Part shown: piece after piece, positions 62,872-64,000 of the stretch
Layout of the letters: the number at the start of each line of letters is the position of its first letter
How positions within the stretch are numbered: position 1 is the first letter of the stretch
Source of the DNA: Dehalococcoidia bacterium UBA5620
GTDB taxonomy: Bacteria; Chloroflexota; Dehalococcoidia; GIF9; UBA5629
Direction of reading: 5' to 3'
Assembly (NCBI GenBank): GCA_002423605.1
Contig: DIKK01000006.1
Span: 1,216-65,215 of the forward strand
DNA: 64,000 nucleotides
Program-made: the position numbers and the translations under genes
Notes under the pieces: model-generated
What the model was told of the DNA's origin: nothing
The model's database searches: none
What the model saw: only the letters and a program-made list of their open reading frames with translations

Positions 62872-63822
62872 GTGAACAGGAATTCAAGTGAGCAGACAAC
62901 CCTTTTCAATTTTTCACCAGTGTTAGGTATACCAAAGATATTTCCAGACATAGTTCCAGGTAAGGTACCAATCTCAGTACAATTTATATCTCCAGGACTG
63001 AATATAAAAAAAGAAGATGAACAATCAATCATACAAATTGCAAAAAAGACCACAATAAATTTCTGTGGATTCAGAATGGAGAAAGTTGAAGAAAAAAACA
63101 CAAAGAGACGAGATATGCTTTTTAATATAGCCTTTTACATACCTGGGGAAATCGAAGAGGTTGACAGCAATATCGTAATTCAGAACTCTAGACTTGTGGT
63201 GGAGCGTTTTATTGGGCTACTGTCCTTTAGTTTTGGGGTTAGGTTATTTGTACGACACATTGAACCAACTACTGTGAATAGCGACGGTTTTAAAAAATTG
63301 ATTATGCCTGCTAGTGGACGTGCACAAAATGAAATTTATCTAGAATTAACCGACCTTGGAAATGTCGTTCCCGACGGTGATACATTCGCAGCGCTATATT
63401 GGTTGCGAAGGGGATTAGATGAGCGTGACCCAGTTGAAACGTTTTCATCCCTCATGGTTTGTCTGCAAATCATGGCTCGTCGACTGGCTCAAGGGCAACC
63501 TCAATTCGCAACCTGCCCAAAATGTAAAAAACGATATATTGTCCAAAAGACAACAATTACGTCAAAAATGCGTGAGCTAGTGAATAAACTTGGTGGTAAT
63601 CCAGGAGTATTTGAAAAACTGTGGGAAGCGAGAAGCTCCATTGTGGCCCATGGAGATAAGCCCGTTACAGCGGATGTATTGATTGATTTGACTCAGCTTA
63701 AGTTTGAGGCAATTAAATTGGCCTACAAAAGCATAAAATTAGAATTGGGTATTCCATTAGAAGGAAAACCGCATCCCCATAGTTCTCTATTTGTTACAGA
63801 TGCCCTCATGTATAACGACTAG
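62872..63822 (+). CDS. hypothetical protein encoded by a low-GC (about 35%) gene
   Basis: 316 aa. GTG start with AGGAGGG SD. A CPKCKKRY zinc-knuckle-like pair is the only motif recognised. Composition differs sharply from the flanking ~52% GC genes. Confidence 0.4.
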   Translation: MNRNSSEQTTLFNFSPVLGIPKIFPDIVPGKVPISVQFISPGLNIKKEDEQSIIQIAKKTTINFCGFRMEKVEEKNTKRRDMLFNIAFYIPGEIEEVDSNIVIQNSRLVVERFIGLLSFSFGVRLFVRHIEPTTVNSDGFKKLIMPASGRAQNEIYLELTDLGNVVPDGDTFAALYWLRRGLDERDPVETFSSLMVCLQIMARRLAQGQPQFATCPKCKKRYIVQKTTITSKMRELVNKLGGNPGVFEKLWEARSSIVAHGDKPVTADVLIDLTQLKFEAIKLAYKSIKLELGIPLEGKPHPHSSLFVTDALMYND

Positions 63823-63894
63823 GTTCAAATATGGAATTAGGATAATCTAATCTATTTAGGTTTTAATCAATAGCTGCTGATCTGCCCCATAACT

Positions 63895-64000
63895 GGTCCA
63901 GGTACAATTTCATACTTTGATGTTATCAATCGGCAAATACCTCTTATGACTCTCTATTGTTTCCAAGCATCCTACTGCATGGTAATAGCTGTCTTAGCGT
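63895..64000 (+). repeat. copy 3 of the IS-3'-end-derived repeat, truncated by the window end
   Basis: ggtccaggtacaatttcat...tcaatcggcaaatacctcttatgactctctattgtttccaagcatcctactgcatgg parallels copy 2 (59871..59950) at about 70% identity. The conserved core would lie just beyond position 64000. Confidence 0.45.

Noticed and set aside
59160-64000. Integron or attC cassette array interpretation of the repeat-bracketed genes
   Set aside because: The repeats are derived from a transposase 3' end plus a promoter-like core, not imperfect inverted attC sites. No intI gene is visible in the window.

Overview
Origin-proximal chromosomal segment of a roughly 52% GC bacterium, densely packed with housekeeping genes. 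I could not assign the taxon from sequence alone.

Main contents, in order:
- Replication and origin context: gyrB 3' end, nadD, obg, dnaA with an adjacent DnaA-box/AT-rich oriC-like region, fmt, gyrA.
- Metabolism and transport: lysC, two Nfu-type Fe-S scaffold paralogs, a hemL-hemB-cobA/hemD tetrapyrrole operon, rpoD, a LivFGMH + binding-protein branched-chain amino acid ABC operon, pheA, coaE, a MacAB-like efflux operon, queH and queF, galT, eno, gap, and an ECF sigma/anti-sigma pair.
- Accessory-like 3' end (about 59.1-64.0 kb): three decayed copies of a repeat derived from the 3' end of an rve-type (IS3-like) transposase gene, each ending in a conserved promoter-like core. They bracket a small Zn-ribbon membrane protein, metF, a secreted DUF11-repeat protein, and a low-GC (about 35%) orphan gene of unknown function behind a strong terminator.

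Other notable items:
- An ArsR-controlled four-gene operon (ArsR, FmdB zinc ribbon, DsrE-like protein, and a 54-aa peptide resembling the C-terminal tail of LldE/GlcF CCG proteins).
- A degV gene interrupted by an in-frame TAA.
- A histidine-phosphatase gene whose catalytic RHG motif lies upstream of any canonical start codon.
- A short upstream ORF overlapping the mntP start.
- Several palindromes in promoter/leader regions.

No rRNA, tRNA or CRISPR array was recognisable by eye.
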